The position numbers were made by a program, and so were the translations under genes. Under the pieces are notes generated by a model. It saw only the letters and a program-made list of their open reading frames with translations, ran no database searches and had not been told where the DNA came from. Below are positions 28,807-37,040 of a stretch of 64,000 nucleotides of DNA, piece by piece (positions within the stretch are counted from its first letter, which is position 1; every line of letters starts with the position of its first letter). The DNA is from an uncultured Candidatus Saccharibacteria bacterium. GTDB lineage: Bacteria; Patescibacteriota; Minisyncoccia; Phycocordibacterales; JABMNX01. Where the stretch lies: positions 6,107-70,106 of the forward strand of contig CAZNRH010000002.1 in assembly GCA_964575755.1 (NCBI GenBank). Reading direction: 5' to 3'.

Positions 28807-28832
28807 GTATACCCCGCAAATGAGGGGTATAC
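28807..28832 (-). terminator. Hairpin (GTATACCCC-gcaaatga-GGGGTATAC), second of two tandem terminators
   Basis: Perfect 9-bp stem followed on the minus strand by TTTGTTTTAATT. Confidence 0.4.
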
Positions 28833-28849
28833 AACACATAGAAAAATAG

Positions 28850-28893
28850 AGATAAAAAAGACGACCCGCTTAGCTTTACGCTTACGGGTCGTT
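28850..28893 (-). terminator. Rho-independent terminator (ACGACCCG...CGGGTCGT plus T6)
   Basis: 8-bp GC stem, 16-nt loop containing the frame-B stop codon, followed on the minus strand by TTTTTT. Confidence 0.5.
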
Positions 28894-29341
28894 CATTAGT
28901 TTTATTGTGGTGAGGAAATTGCCCACGCTATTTTGAATTGCTTCCGCAATAAAGCCTCTGTCAACAAGGTCAGATATAGAGAAGCTAAACCTATCATGAA
29001 GATTAGATTTTCCAGACCATCCACCTTCGTCTATTACTGAATTTCCGTCGGTTAAGATATATAGAGATTGGTAAAATAATATAGAATTTATTTATACCAG
29101 CCTTCATAACAGGTTCAGGCTTGCCAGCAATTAGGATGACACGTACTTTATACGGATCATCTTTAAAACATCTGAAACCGAGAAAAGAGAAATTACTCTC
29201 AAGTGCTAAGTCAACAGAAGGCTCTCCTGATGGAAATATGTAAATACACTCATCAGCTACTTTTAACCGTTCTCCAGCGCTTACTGTTTTTAACCCTAAT
29301 CCTAAAAACAGTATTAGAGTAACAGAAAACAAATATTTCAT
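28882..29341 (-). pseudogene. Secreted hypothetical protein interrupted by a frameshift (frame A 29003-29341; frame B continues 29091 to 28882)
   Basis: Frame A has a signal peptide but ends in Arg-rich junk (NRRKFSNRRRWMVWKI); a second frame gives a protein-like tail ...ILTDGNSVIDEGGWSGKSNLHDRFSFSISDLVDRGFIAEAIQNSVGNFLTTIKLMNDP; switch lies in an AT dinucleotide run near 29045-29090. Confidence 0.35.
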
Positions 29342-29407
29342 TGCCCGTATCCCTTCAAACTATATTTATTCTGAAGAAACCGTACCACTTTATTACATAA
29401 AGTCAAT

Positions 29408-30505
29408 CTATATTCTAAACTCGATTATATCGCCGTCTTGCACTACATACTGTTTTCCTTCTGTTCTCACAAAACCTTTTTCACGAGCGGTTGCGTATGA
29501 CTGCGCTTCCATAAGCTTCTCATAAGAAATTATGTCTGCTCGTATAAACTTATCTTTAAAATCAGAGTGTATTGCGCTTCCTGCTTCCGGCGCAGTACTA
29601 TCTCGAGTTACTGTCCATGCCCTAGTCTCATCTTCTCCAGTTGTAAAATATGTAATTAGATTCAGTAGTGTATAGCTTGTGTTAATAAACAAGCTTATAC
29701 CATCTTCAACCACACCAAATTCCCTTAAGAACTCTTCCCTGTCTTCCTCTGACACATCTTTGAGTTCATGTTCTACACCAGCATCTATAATCACGTACTC
29801 TGAATTAGAATCTTTGATAAACTGCATAAGTTTTTCATATCTCTCTCCGTTTTCTTCATCAATGTTAATAGCATTCGCTTTTTTATTAAAAACATACAAT
29901 ATCGGCTTCATTGTCAATAGGTGTAATCCTTTTATCGCTTCAGTCTCATTTTCGTCGAGTACAGCTTCTTGAGCGAGTTTACCTTCCTCTAATTTATGTA
30001 AGACTTTAGTAGCAACGTCGCGTTCTTTTACTGCATCCTTGTCTCCTTTTTTGACCTCACGCTCTATTGATGAAAGACGTTTTATGACAGTCTGCATATC
30101 TGCCATAACAAGCTCTAGATTGATCACGGTAATGTCATCAATTGGGCTAATATCTCCGTGCACATGCATTATGTCAGCATCCTCGAAAAGACGCACAACA
30201 TGAGCAATAGCGTCAACTTCACGTATGTTAGACAAAAACTTATTACCGAGACCTTCTCCTTCTGCCGCTCCTTTCACTAAACCTGCAATATCTACAAACT
30301 CTATTGCTGTTGGTATAGTCTTTTTCGACTTAGATAAACGGCTGAGGCACTCCAGCCGTTTATCTGGCACAGCAACAACACCTACTGACGGGTCAATAGT
30401 ACAAAATGGAAAATTCTCCGCTGGTACTGAGCGTTTTGTTAATGCATTAAATAATGTGGACTTGCCTACGTTAGGTAATCCAACAATTCCTATTGAAAGT
30501 GACAT
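29408..30505 (-). CDS. ychF: Ribosome-binding ATPase YchF (Obg-family GTPase)
   Basis: G1 [19 protein letters not shown]-terminal TGS domain. Confidence 0.9.
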   Translation of the reverse strand: MSLSIGIVGLPNVGKSTLFNALTKRSVPAENFPFCTIDPSVGVVAVPDKRLECLSRLSKSKKTIPTAIEFVDIAGLVKGAAEGEGLGNKFLSNIREVDAIAHVVRLFEDADIMHVHGDISPIDDITVINLELVMADMQTVIKRLSSIEREVKKGDKDAVKERDVATKVLHKLEEGKLAQEAVLDENETEAIKGLHLLTMKPILYVFNKKANAINIDEENGERYEKLMQFIKDSNSEYVIIDAGVEHELKDVSEEDREEFLREFGVVEDGISLFINTSYTLLNLITYFTTGEDETRAWTVTRDSTAPEAGSAIHSDFKDKFIRADIISYEKLMEAQSYATAREKGFVRTEGKQYVVQDGDIIEFRI

Positions 30506-30560
30506 AGTTGCTATATGGTATCAAAAAACTTTTAAATAAGCGATTCTTCACTGTAAATAC

Positions 30561-30589
30561 AAAAATCCAAGGTCGACCCTTGGATTTTT
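30561..30589 (-). terminator. Bidirectional hairpin terminator (AAAAATCCAAGG-tcgac-CCTTGGATTTTT)
   Basis: 12-bp perfect stem with A5/T5 arms, 4 nt below the stop of the 30593-31192 gene. Confidence 0.5.
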
Positions 30590-30592
30590 TGT

Positions 30593-31192
30593 TTATTTTG
30601 CTTTCTTGCCAAGCTTACGCATTTTGTTGCGCCACTTGTCTTTACACTCATCCGTTGCTTTCTCGGCTGGGCCAAATACAGTTCGTCTTACTGGTGAGAT
30701 ACCTGAGAATCCTAGGATTCCGCGGATTATTTCATTAGTAAAGTCTCCAAAATGAAAGCGTATCTTAATAGGATGTGTCCCTGTTGTTACGACAACTCGT
30801 GCAGTCTTTCCTTTAAACATTTCTATAAGCTTATTAGTACGTTTCCCGTCTTTATCTTTCTTAAAATTAAACGCAAATCCAGGAAGCCACATTCGGTCAA
30901 ACAACCCCTTTAAAAGAGCCGGCATTGAACACCACCAATTTGGATACAATATAACAATATGGTCAGCCCATTTAAAATTTTCTTGAACTTGGATTAAGTC
31001 TGGCTCTAGTGCTTGAATTTCTTTATATCCTTTGTGTAATATTGGATCAAACTGCATTTCGCCAATATTAATGCGACGTACCTCATGTCCTCCAGCCTCT
31101 GCTCCTTCAACATATGCACCAGCAAGCGAACCAATCATTGAGTCTGAATCCGGGTGTCCTACAAAAACAAAAACCTTTTTCTTTCCCTTCAT
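30593..31192 (-). CDS. Flavodoxin-like-fold NAD(P)H:quinone oxidoreductase family protein
   Basis: KKVFVFVGHP...SMIGSLA nucleotide-binding start and YPNWWCSMPALLKGLFDRM motif of Flavodoxin_2/NQO1-like proteins. Confidence 0.7.
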   Translation of the reverse strand: MKGKKKVFVFVGHPDSDSMIGSLAGAYVEGAEAGGHEVRRINIGEMQFDPILHKGYKEIQALEPDLIQVQENFKWADHIVILYPNWWCSMPALLKGLFDRMWLPGFAFNFKKDKDGKRTNKLIEMFKGKTARVVVTTGTHPIKIRFHFGDFTNEIIRGILGFSGISPVRRTVFGPAEKATDECKDKWRNKMRKLGKKAK

Positions 31193-31210
31193 ATTTATTA
31201 ATATAATATT

Positions 31211-31555
31211 TTAATGAGAGACCATAAATGTCTCGTAATAATAAAAACCTGTTATTACAACTGTACTTAATAAACTAATCCAAAACAACCACATAATATA
31301 GGTCGACAAGGATTTTCTTCTCCCGCTCATAAATGAGAGTAAAGCATACCCCAAGATATAAAAACCCACAAAGGATATTATGCCTTTACCAACCCAATGG
31401 TGATAAAATGTCTCAGCTAGCCAATTTTTAAGTGGTTTGTGTAGTTCACCTGCTACTGTAAGTAATGCGATAGTAGCAACAGAAACCATTGCGCTTAATG
31501 CGAATGCGTATATGTATCGAGATTTTTTATCTATATTTTTGTTTTGATTTGCCAT
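31211..31555 (-). CDS. Hypothetical membrane protein
   Basis: Three hydrophobic helices; no motif. Confidence 0.4.
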   Translation of the reverse strand: MANQNKNIDKKSRYIYAFALSAMVSVATIALLTVAGELHKPLKNWLAETFYHHWVGKGIISFVGFYILGYALLSFMSGRRKSLSTYIMWLFWISLLSTVVITGFYYYETFMVSH

Positions 31556-31569
31556 ATATAACTTATTGT

Positions 31570-32025
31570 TTATCCTGCACTACCACTTATTAATATCCCC
31601 GACACAGTTATAAACAGTGCGAGAAGTGCTGTTAATACTGTTAGATACATCATAGCCCGTTTTGCCTTTCCTTTTGAAACTACATCTTCTCCTCGTAAAA
31701 AGAATACGAGCGCAAGCATGAACGTAAGTACTGGTAATAGTAAAAATAGGTGCTCTTTAACCTCCATAAAAAATGCATGAGCCCACGCACTATCCCCGCC
31801 TTTTATAATAGGCTTTACTTCAGACCCATACCTAAATACGTAGTAATACCCACCAGCGAACCACGACGTTAAGTATGAAATAAACGCAAGGCTTGAGAAA
31901 AAACGCAACATCTTTATAGACGATTCTCTTTTACATAAAGACATCAAGACAGCGTACGTTGCTATAAAACCAACTATGCCTGCTATAACGTGTACTATGA
32001 GTGTGGTAACAAAAATCTGGCTCAT
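31570..32025 (-). CDS. Hypothetical membrane protein (4 TM)
   Basis: Hydrophobic helices; size and layout similar to the neighbouring 32036-32554 gene. Confidence 0.4.
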   Translation of the reverse strand: MSQIFVTTLIVHVIAGIVGFIATYAVLMSLCKRESSIKMLRFFSSLAFISYLTSWFAGGYYYVFRYGSEVKPIIKGGDSAWAHAFFMEVKEHLFLLLPVLTFMLALVFFLRGEDVVSKGKAKRAMMYLTVLTALLALFITVSGILISGSAG

Positions 32026-32035
32026 ATAATAAGTT

Positions 32036-32554
32036 TTATTTTTTTAGACTATTTATTAATTCTTTACCTAGATACAACTTTTTTATCCATTCAAGCACTA
32101 CTACCATAATAGCAACTGCGACAAAGTAGCCCATCATTATCTCAATATATGAATATGTGATACCACGCCATGAGCCTAGTATCATTGCAGTATACCAAGA
32201 CGTAATTGAAAGTGACGCACCCAACCAAAAAGGAATTTTATGTAATTGTAACAGAAGAGCATTAATTACAAGAATAACAATTACTGTCATCTTCGCCCAA
32301 AGTTTAGGGTCAAGTAGACGTTCCTCTTGTCCTGTAAATCTGTACAACAATAAGAAGCCGAACCCTGACAGAACACCCAATACAAGACCTACCCTTAAAA
32401 CAGAATAAGTAGTTTTAAGTAGAGCACCCTCGTCTGGACTGATTTCCCCATCCTTAAGAGCTTTAAGGTAAAAAAACTCCGCAAAAGTAGCTGCGCCGAC
32501 ACCTAAAACAGTTCCGAGTAAATGAATCAAAATTAGAATTGTGTATATGTCCAT
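32036..32554 (-). CDS. Hypothetical membrane protein (4 TM)
   Basis: Hydrophobic helices; possible paralogue of 31570-32025. Confidence 0.4.
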   Translation of the reverse strand: MDIYTILILIHLLGTVLGVGAATFAEFFYLKALKDGEISPDEGALLKTTYSVLRVGLVLGVLSGFGFLLLYRFTGQEERLLDPKLWAKMTVIVILVINALLLQLHKIPFWLGASLSITSWYTAMILGSWRGITYSYIEIMMGYFVAVAIMVVVLEWIKKLYLGKELINSLKK

Positions 32555-32678
32555 CCAGTACGAAATAGGACCCAGACTTAAACAGTCTTGGTCGCTATAT
32601 TATAAGTTCTATTAATTATCAACCTGTTTATCATATATTGTGTTTATGTCCGCGATTTCGTACGGGATCCATATTAAT

Positions 32679-32906
32679 TTATTTCTTCATTAGTTCCTGC
32701 ATCTCGCTCTGATGAGCTTGCATAACTTCCATTGTTGCTGTCATTTGATCCATACCTCCTTTCATCTTTGTTTGAATCTCTACTGCTATCTTTTGGAAAA
32801 ACTCTGGATTTTTCTCAACAGCGGATAAAATCATTTCTTGTTGTTCTTCTGGAACATTCTTCATTTTAGACTTCAAGAGTCTTTTCATTAACATATTTTT
32901 AAACAT
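32679..32906 (-). CDS. Small helical protein of unknown function
   Basis: 75-aa ORF rich in Met/Gln/Glu; coding status uncertain. Confidence 0.3.
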   Translation of the reverse strand: MFKNMLMKRLLKSKMKNVPEEQQEMILSAVEKNPEFFQKIAVEIQTKMKGGMDQMTATMEVMQAHQSEMQELMKK

Positions 32907-32976
32907 AGTGATGATAGTATAACAAAAAAGTTGGCGCGAAATATTTGTCAGTTGTGGGTAATACTACTTTTTTTGT

Positions 32977-33423
32977 TTAAGGTTGGTCATATTCTGCACC
33001 GTTTTTCTTACCTATTTGATGCATAATCATAGCGCGTAATGTTCTACCGCTGTAGTATAAAGCAAATAGAAATACTATCGCGATGACTTGTCTAGTTACA
33101 GATAAAAAGAAATTATCGTGCCCAAACCCAACAACTGCAGCATACTCAAACAGTATCACAGCAACAGCGGATATTACTAAATCAATAGTAACAACCCAAC
33201 GTTGAAACGGATTTACTATAGCACCACCCAGTACCAGTAATACAACAAAAACAGGAAGAAAACCTGTTCCAATTTGGAGTAAATTTTTAAAAAAAGGAAG
33301 AGTGGCTAGTATAATTATTCCACCAATAAGAAAGAGTATTTGTATAGTATCACCATGGTAATGTGGCACGTGCGGGTGACTTGGTGGCTTAACAAATTCA
33401 AGTGGGTCTAGCATTATTATCAC
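32977..33423 (-). CDS. Hypothetical membrane protein
   Basis: Four hydrophobic helices, His-rich N-terminus (PSHPHVPHYHGD). Confidence 0.4.
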   Translation of the reverse strand: MIIMLDPLEFVKPPSHPHVPHYHGDTIQILFLIGGIIILATLPFFKNLLQIGTGFLPVFVVLLVLGGAIVNPFQRWVVTIDLVISAVAVILFEYAAVVGFGHDNFFLSVTRQVIAIVFLFALYYSGRTLRAMIMHQIGKKNGAEYDQP

Positions 33424-33463
33424 TATGTCATAAGTGAGTTGTTTTGGCTAGCTTTTTGTAGTA

Positions 33464-33748
33464 TTAACTATTTAACACCTGTTCTGGGTCAAAATTGTCT
33501 CTATCTTTGAGTTTATTCTTCTTTTCAAAGCTACATTCAACACAACGGTGGAGTATTCTATATTCACCACTATCTTCTTCAAATAAGATAGGGCGCATAA
33601 GGCCTTTACAGTCAGATTTGCGGTCTCCAGGCTCTATATCGACATGTTTACTCCATAAACACTGTGGACAATGGTTAGTATATCCATCTCCCTTGACATG
33701 TTCACCACAATATTCACATTCAAAGTTTTCTTTTGTTCTTTTGAACAT
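33464..33748 (-). CDS. RNHCP-like zinc-ribbon domain protein
   Basis: CEYCGEH...TNHCPQC...CVECS cysteine pairs; TNHCP resembles the RNHCP family motif. Confidence 0.45.
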   Translation of the reverse strand: MFKRTKENFECEYCGEHVKGDGYTNHCPQCLWSKHVDIEPGDRKSDCKGLMRPILFEEDSGEYRILHRCVECSFEKKNKLKDRDNFDPEQVLNS

Positions 33749-33773
33749 TCTTTAACTGTATCATTTTTAACAG

Positions 33774-33850
33774 TGGTGGACCCGACAGGACTTGAACCTG
33801 CCACCTCCTCAGTGCAAGTGAGGCGCTCTAGCCAGATGAGCTACGGGCCC
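33774..33850 (-). tRNA. tRNA-Ala (anticodon UGC), CCA encoded
   Basis: Minus-strand sequence GGGCCCGTAGCTCATCTGGCTAGAGCGCCTCACTTGCACTGAGGAGGTGGCAGGTTCAAGTCCTGTCGGGTCCACCA folds as a cloverleaf with anticodon loop CTTGCAC, G3:U70 pair, GTTCAAGTCC T-arm. Confidence 0.85.
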
Positions 33851-33877
33851 TTTATGTAAGTACCGAAATATTATACC

Positions 33878-34852
33878 TTACTTTCTATTCACAGCAAGGT
33901 TAATAATATGATCTAAAAATTCAGATAAACTGCAACCTGCTTCAGATAGAGCGCGTGGCACTAGAGAATCTTCAGTTAATCCTGGTAATGTATTAGCCTC
34001 TAGGAAATATATACCACGTGGTGTCAGAATAAAATCAGAACGTGAATAGTGTCGCAGTCCCAAAGCATCATGCGCTATGTGTGTGGCATCCCTTATTTGT
34101 TGTCTTTCTTCATCAGTTAAATTACCTGGACACCGTAATTCCACCATACTCTCTCTCTTATACTTGGCGTAGTAATCAAAACAATTTTTACCTTTCGGTA
34201 AAACTACTTCTATTGGTAAAAGAGTGTATTTCTCCTCTCCACGAAAATCATTAACGACCCCACATGTTACTTCTTTGCCTTTTATAAATTCCTCGATAAG
34301 CACCGATGAAGAGCCTTCAAGTGCTGATGTTACACTATCAAATAATTCTTGATAAGAACCCGCGAACACTACACCTAGGGACGAACCTTTATCTAACGGC
34401 TTTATAATCACTGGTTGTGGGAAAGAACGAAATATTTTAGTTATCTTTGCTTCAGTATTTGGTGACTGTTCTATAACCACATGTAGAGGTACGCGAACCC
34501 CTGCTCTAGATACTATTTCTTTAGCTCGAACTTTATTAATAGCTATTTTTGATGCTAGTACTCCCGAGCCAGTATATGGTATTTTAAATTTATCCAATAC
34601 CTTCTGAACTTCACCATCTTCACCATATTTTCCATGGAGAGCGTTAAACACTACGTCAACATTCTTGAGCACTTTACTAGGATGTGTTTCCAGTCCACGT
34701 ATATGCCACACACCCGTTTTAGAAATTAAAATATCATGCTTCGTATATTTATCATCTGATAGGTTCTGTAATACATGCCCCCCTGTTTTAAGAGAAATAT
34801 CATATTCACTAGACGGACCGCCTCGTAGTACACCTATTCGAAGTTTTGACAT
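33878..34852 (-). CDS. ddl: D-alanine--D-alanine ligase
   Basis: MSKLRIGVLRGGPSSEYDISL start, ATP-grasp core, C-terminal EANTLPGLT motif; start moved to internal Met at 34852. Confidence 0.85.
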   Translation of the reverse strand: MSKLRIGVLRGGPSSEYDISLKTGGHVLQNLSDDKYTKHDILISKTGVWHIRGLETHPSKVLKNVDVVFNALHGKYGEDGEVQKVLDKFKIPYTGSGVLASKIAINKVRAKEIVSRAGVRVPLHVVIEQSPNTEAKITKIFRSFPQPVIIKPLDKGSSLGVVFAGSYQELFDSVTSALEGSSSVLIEEFIKGKEVTCGVVNDFRGEEKYTLLPIEVVLPKGKNCFDYYAKYKRESMVELRCPGNLTDEERQQIRDATHIAHDALGLRHYSRSDFILTPRGIYFLEANTLPGLTEDSLVPRALSEAGCSLSEFLDHIINLAVNRK

Positions 34853-34897
34853 ACTTAAAGTATAACAAAAAATCAGGCCAGCGTGAGCGAGCATATC

Positions 34898-34948
34898 AAA
34901 CCACCATTCACTGTTCTAATGTTCTTAAGAACATTAGAACAGTGGTTT
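34898..34948 (-). terminator. Long perfect palindrome between uvrC stop and ddl start (ACTGTTCTAATGTTCTTAAGAACATTAGAACAGT)
   Basis: 34-nt perfect palindrome centred on CTTAAG, with AAACC/GGTTT outer pairing; weak U-run, so terminator or attenuator role is uncertain. Confidence 0.4.
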
Positions 34949-34985
34949 ATAATATAAAATAACAAGTAGAAAAAACAAAAACCTA

Positions 34986-36230
34986 CTATACTATCTTACC
35001 TCGTAATTTCCTGTGATATGAGATTGCAAAGCGGTGTGCTTCACTATTTGCTAAAAGTATTTCTCTTTCACGTTTTTGTGCGAACCTATTCTCCCCTACA
35101 AACCCTTTTGGTCTATGGTTCTCGTCTTTAGTAACTCCAATGACTGGAATCATATATCCAAGCTCTTTAAGAACTTTGTTTGCTGTATTTAACTGCGCCT
35201 TTCCTCCATCAACCACTATAAGTCGTGGGTATTGCCATTCACTGTGAGTGAGTCTACGCAAGAGTATTTCTCGGAGCCCCGCAGTATCATTGTTTGTATC
35301 ATTTTTAATCTTAAACTTTCTATATTCGTTTTTGTTGACCTCTCCGTCCTCGACGACCGTCATAACCCCTGTAACATGCTTCCCTGATGTGTGAGCAACA
35401 TCATATGCTTCAATACGAAACACTCGACCGCTCTGCGGGGTTTTGTATTCTTCTTTAATAAGCGATACGTCACGTATGTGTGTAAGAGCGAATATCTTTC
35501 TCTTTACTTCTTCGGCTTTTTCAAACTTCTCTGCTTTGGCTAACCTTTTCATATCTCTCTCAAGAGATGATAAAAGTGTCTTCTTCTTAGCTTCTAAAAA
35601 TAACTTTAAATGTCGTATTGTTTTTTTATATTCTTTTTCGTCTAGTTTTTCAGCTGGCTTACCTGGAAACACTCCGATAGACTGATTAAATTTAATTTGT
35701 TTCTCTTGAGATTTTGTATTTGTTCCTATCTCTTTAATTGGATACTTAGTATCAAAATACGGAAAGATTTTCCGGATTATCTTCATCGCCTCTTTAAACT
35801 GAGCCCCTTGGGGAAAGGGGCCAAAGAGATATTTGGCTTTCGTTTTTTGTAATTGGCTTTTTAGATCTTTACCACGAACAGTGAGCACTCGAGGGAATCT
35901 CTCATCAGTAATCACCACGTAATTAAAACTTTTGTCGTCTTTCTCACGAGAGTTATAAATTGGTTGATGTTTTTTAATAAGATTCGCCTCAAGGATAAGT
36001 GCTTCAAGAACTGAATCTGTTTCGATTACCTCAATCTTCTTTGCTTCCTCTATCATCTTCTCTATAAGTGGACTTCTCACTTCACGTATGTCAGATACGG
36101 AATAGCTTCGCACTCGAGAGCGTAGCGACGTTGCTTTACCTATATATAAAATCTTTCGCCCTGCACCTCGAAAGAGATATACTCCCGGCGTGTCTGGTAA
36201 CTTCTTTTTTTGTAAGTCTTTTATATCCAT
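34986..36230 (-). CDS. uvrC: Excinuclease ABC subunit C, short form without the C-terminal HhH domain
   Basis: N-terminal GIY-YIG (PGVYLFRGAGRKILYIGKATSLRSR), UvrBC-interaction region, C-terminal RNase-H-like endonuclease (VDGGKAQLN). Confidence 0.85.
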   Translation of the reverse strand: MDIKDLQKKKLPDTPGVYLFRGAGRKILYIGKATSLRSRVRSYSVSDIREVRSPLIEKMIEEAKKIEVIETDSVLEALILEANLIKKHQPIYNSREKDDKSFNYVVITDERFPRVLTVRGKDLKSQLQKTKAKYLFGPFPQGAQFKEAMKIIRKIFPYFDTKYPIKEIGTNTKSQEKQIKFNQSIGVFPGKPAEKLDEKEYKKTIRHLKLFLEAKKKTLLSSLERDMKRLAKAEKFEKAEEVKRKIFALTHIRDVSLIKEEYKTPQSGRVFRIEAYDVAHTSGKHVTGVMTVVEDGEVNKNEYRKFKIKNDTNNDTAGLREILLRRLTHSEWQYPRLIVVDGGKAQLNTANKVLKELGYMIPVIGVTKDENHRPKGFVGENRFAQKREREILLANSEAHRFAISYHRKLRGKIV

Positions 36231-36263
36231 TTCAATTACTGTATCAAAAACATCTATAATCAG

Positions 36264-36296
36264 AAATCGCCGTCAAGATCGAAATGACGGCGATTT
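36264..36296 (-). terminator. Hairpin terminator after the 36306-36911 gene (AAATCGCCGTCA...TGACGGCGATTT)
   Basis: Perfect 12-bp stem, 9-nt loop. Confidence 0.45.
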
Positions 36297-36305
36297 GAGA
36301 ATTTA

Positions 36306-36911
36306 CTATGAAGTGGTTTTTTGCTTCAAGTATATTTCTTCATACCACAAAGCTATAATGCATCCAGGCAGTTCACACCACCACAAAGCTAATTGAGAAA
36401 TCCCTTTGGCGCAATATAGATGCATCTTATTTTGTCCATAAGCCAACCCTATAAGAGGCTCCAATGTGTCCATGTCTATCTTGACGTAGTCAATCTTAAT
36501 TAAATCACACAAGTCCTTAATGATTTCTTCTTGCTCATAATAAACCTCTTCGCCACTACTTAAGGTAATACAGTTCTTGCTTTGGTCTATAACAATACCC
36601 TGACACATATGAGTGCTAACACTACTGTGGATAGACACGTCAACCTTTTCAAGAGGTGTTTTAAGTAGTTTTTTATATACAACCCGTAAATAAAAAGGGA
36701 CTACTCCACCAGCTTTATAGTTACGGATATAAGGACCCACACCCTCTTCGAGACTTCCACTCTTACCTTTCTCTTCAAACCTAGAAATATTTTCTATGTA
36801 CTTACGCCCCGCTTTAAGAAATATAGTCCTAATATCTGAAGTACCGAAACAGGTTCCAAGAAAAACGACTATCTCACTATCGTTGGTTTTATTACTACTT
36901 TGTTGCAACAT
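36306..36911 (-). CDS. Hypothetical 201-aa protein embedded between uvrC and uvrA
   Basis: Good coding texture; several Cys (CQGIV, CDLIK, WWCELPGC); no motif recognised. Confidence 0.45.
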   Translation of the reverse strand: MLQQSSNKTNDSEIVVFLGTCFGTSDIRTIFLKAGRKYIENISRFEEKGKSGSLEEGVGPYIRNYKAGGVVPFYLRVVYKKLLKTPLEKVDVSIHSSVSTHMCQGIVIDQSKNCITLSSGEEVYYEQEEIIKDLCDLIKIDYVKIDMDTLEPLIGLAYGQNKMHLYCAKGISQLALWWCELPGCIIALWYEEIYLKQKTTS

Positions 36912-36981
36912 GTTGCCACCTAACTTTCAAACTTACTATGGAGAACTCTTCTAAAATACAAGTATAGCATAAGATGTGGTA

Positions 36982-37032
36982 AATTAAGCCATAAAGAATG
37001 CCTCAGGTACCTGGGGCATTTAATATGGCTTA
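36982..37032 (-). repeat. Palindromic intergenic repeat / uvrA terminator (AAGCCATA..AATGCCTCAGGTACCTGGGGCATT..TATGGCTT)
   Basis: Near-perfect hairpin centred on GGTACC; same core and flanks as the copy at 50082-50129. Confidence 0.5.
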
Positions 37033-37040
37033 AGACAGGT

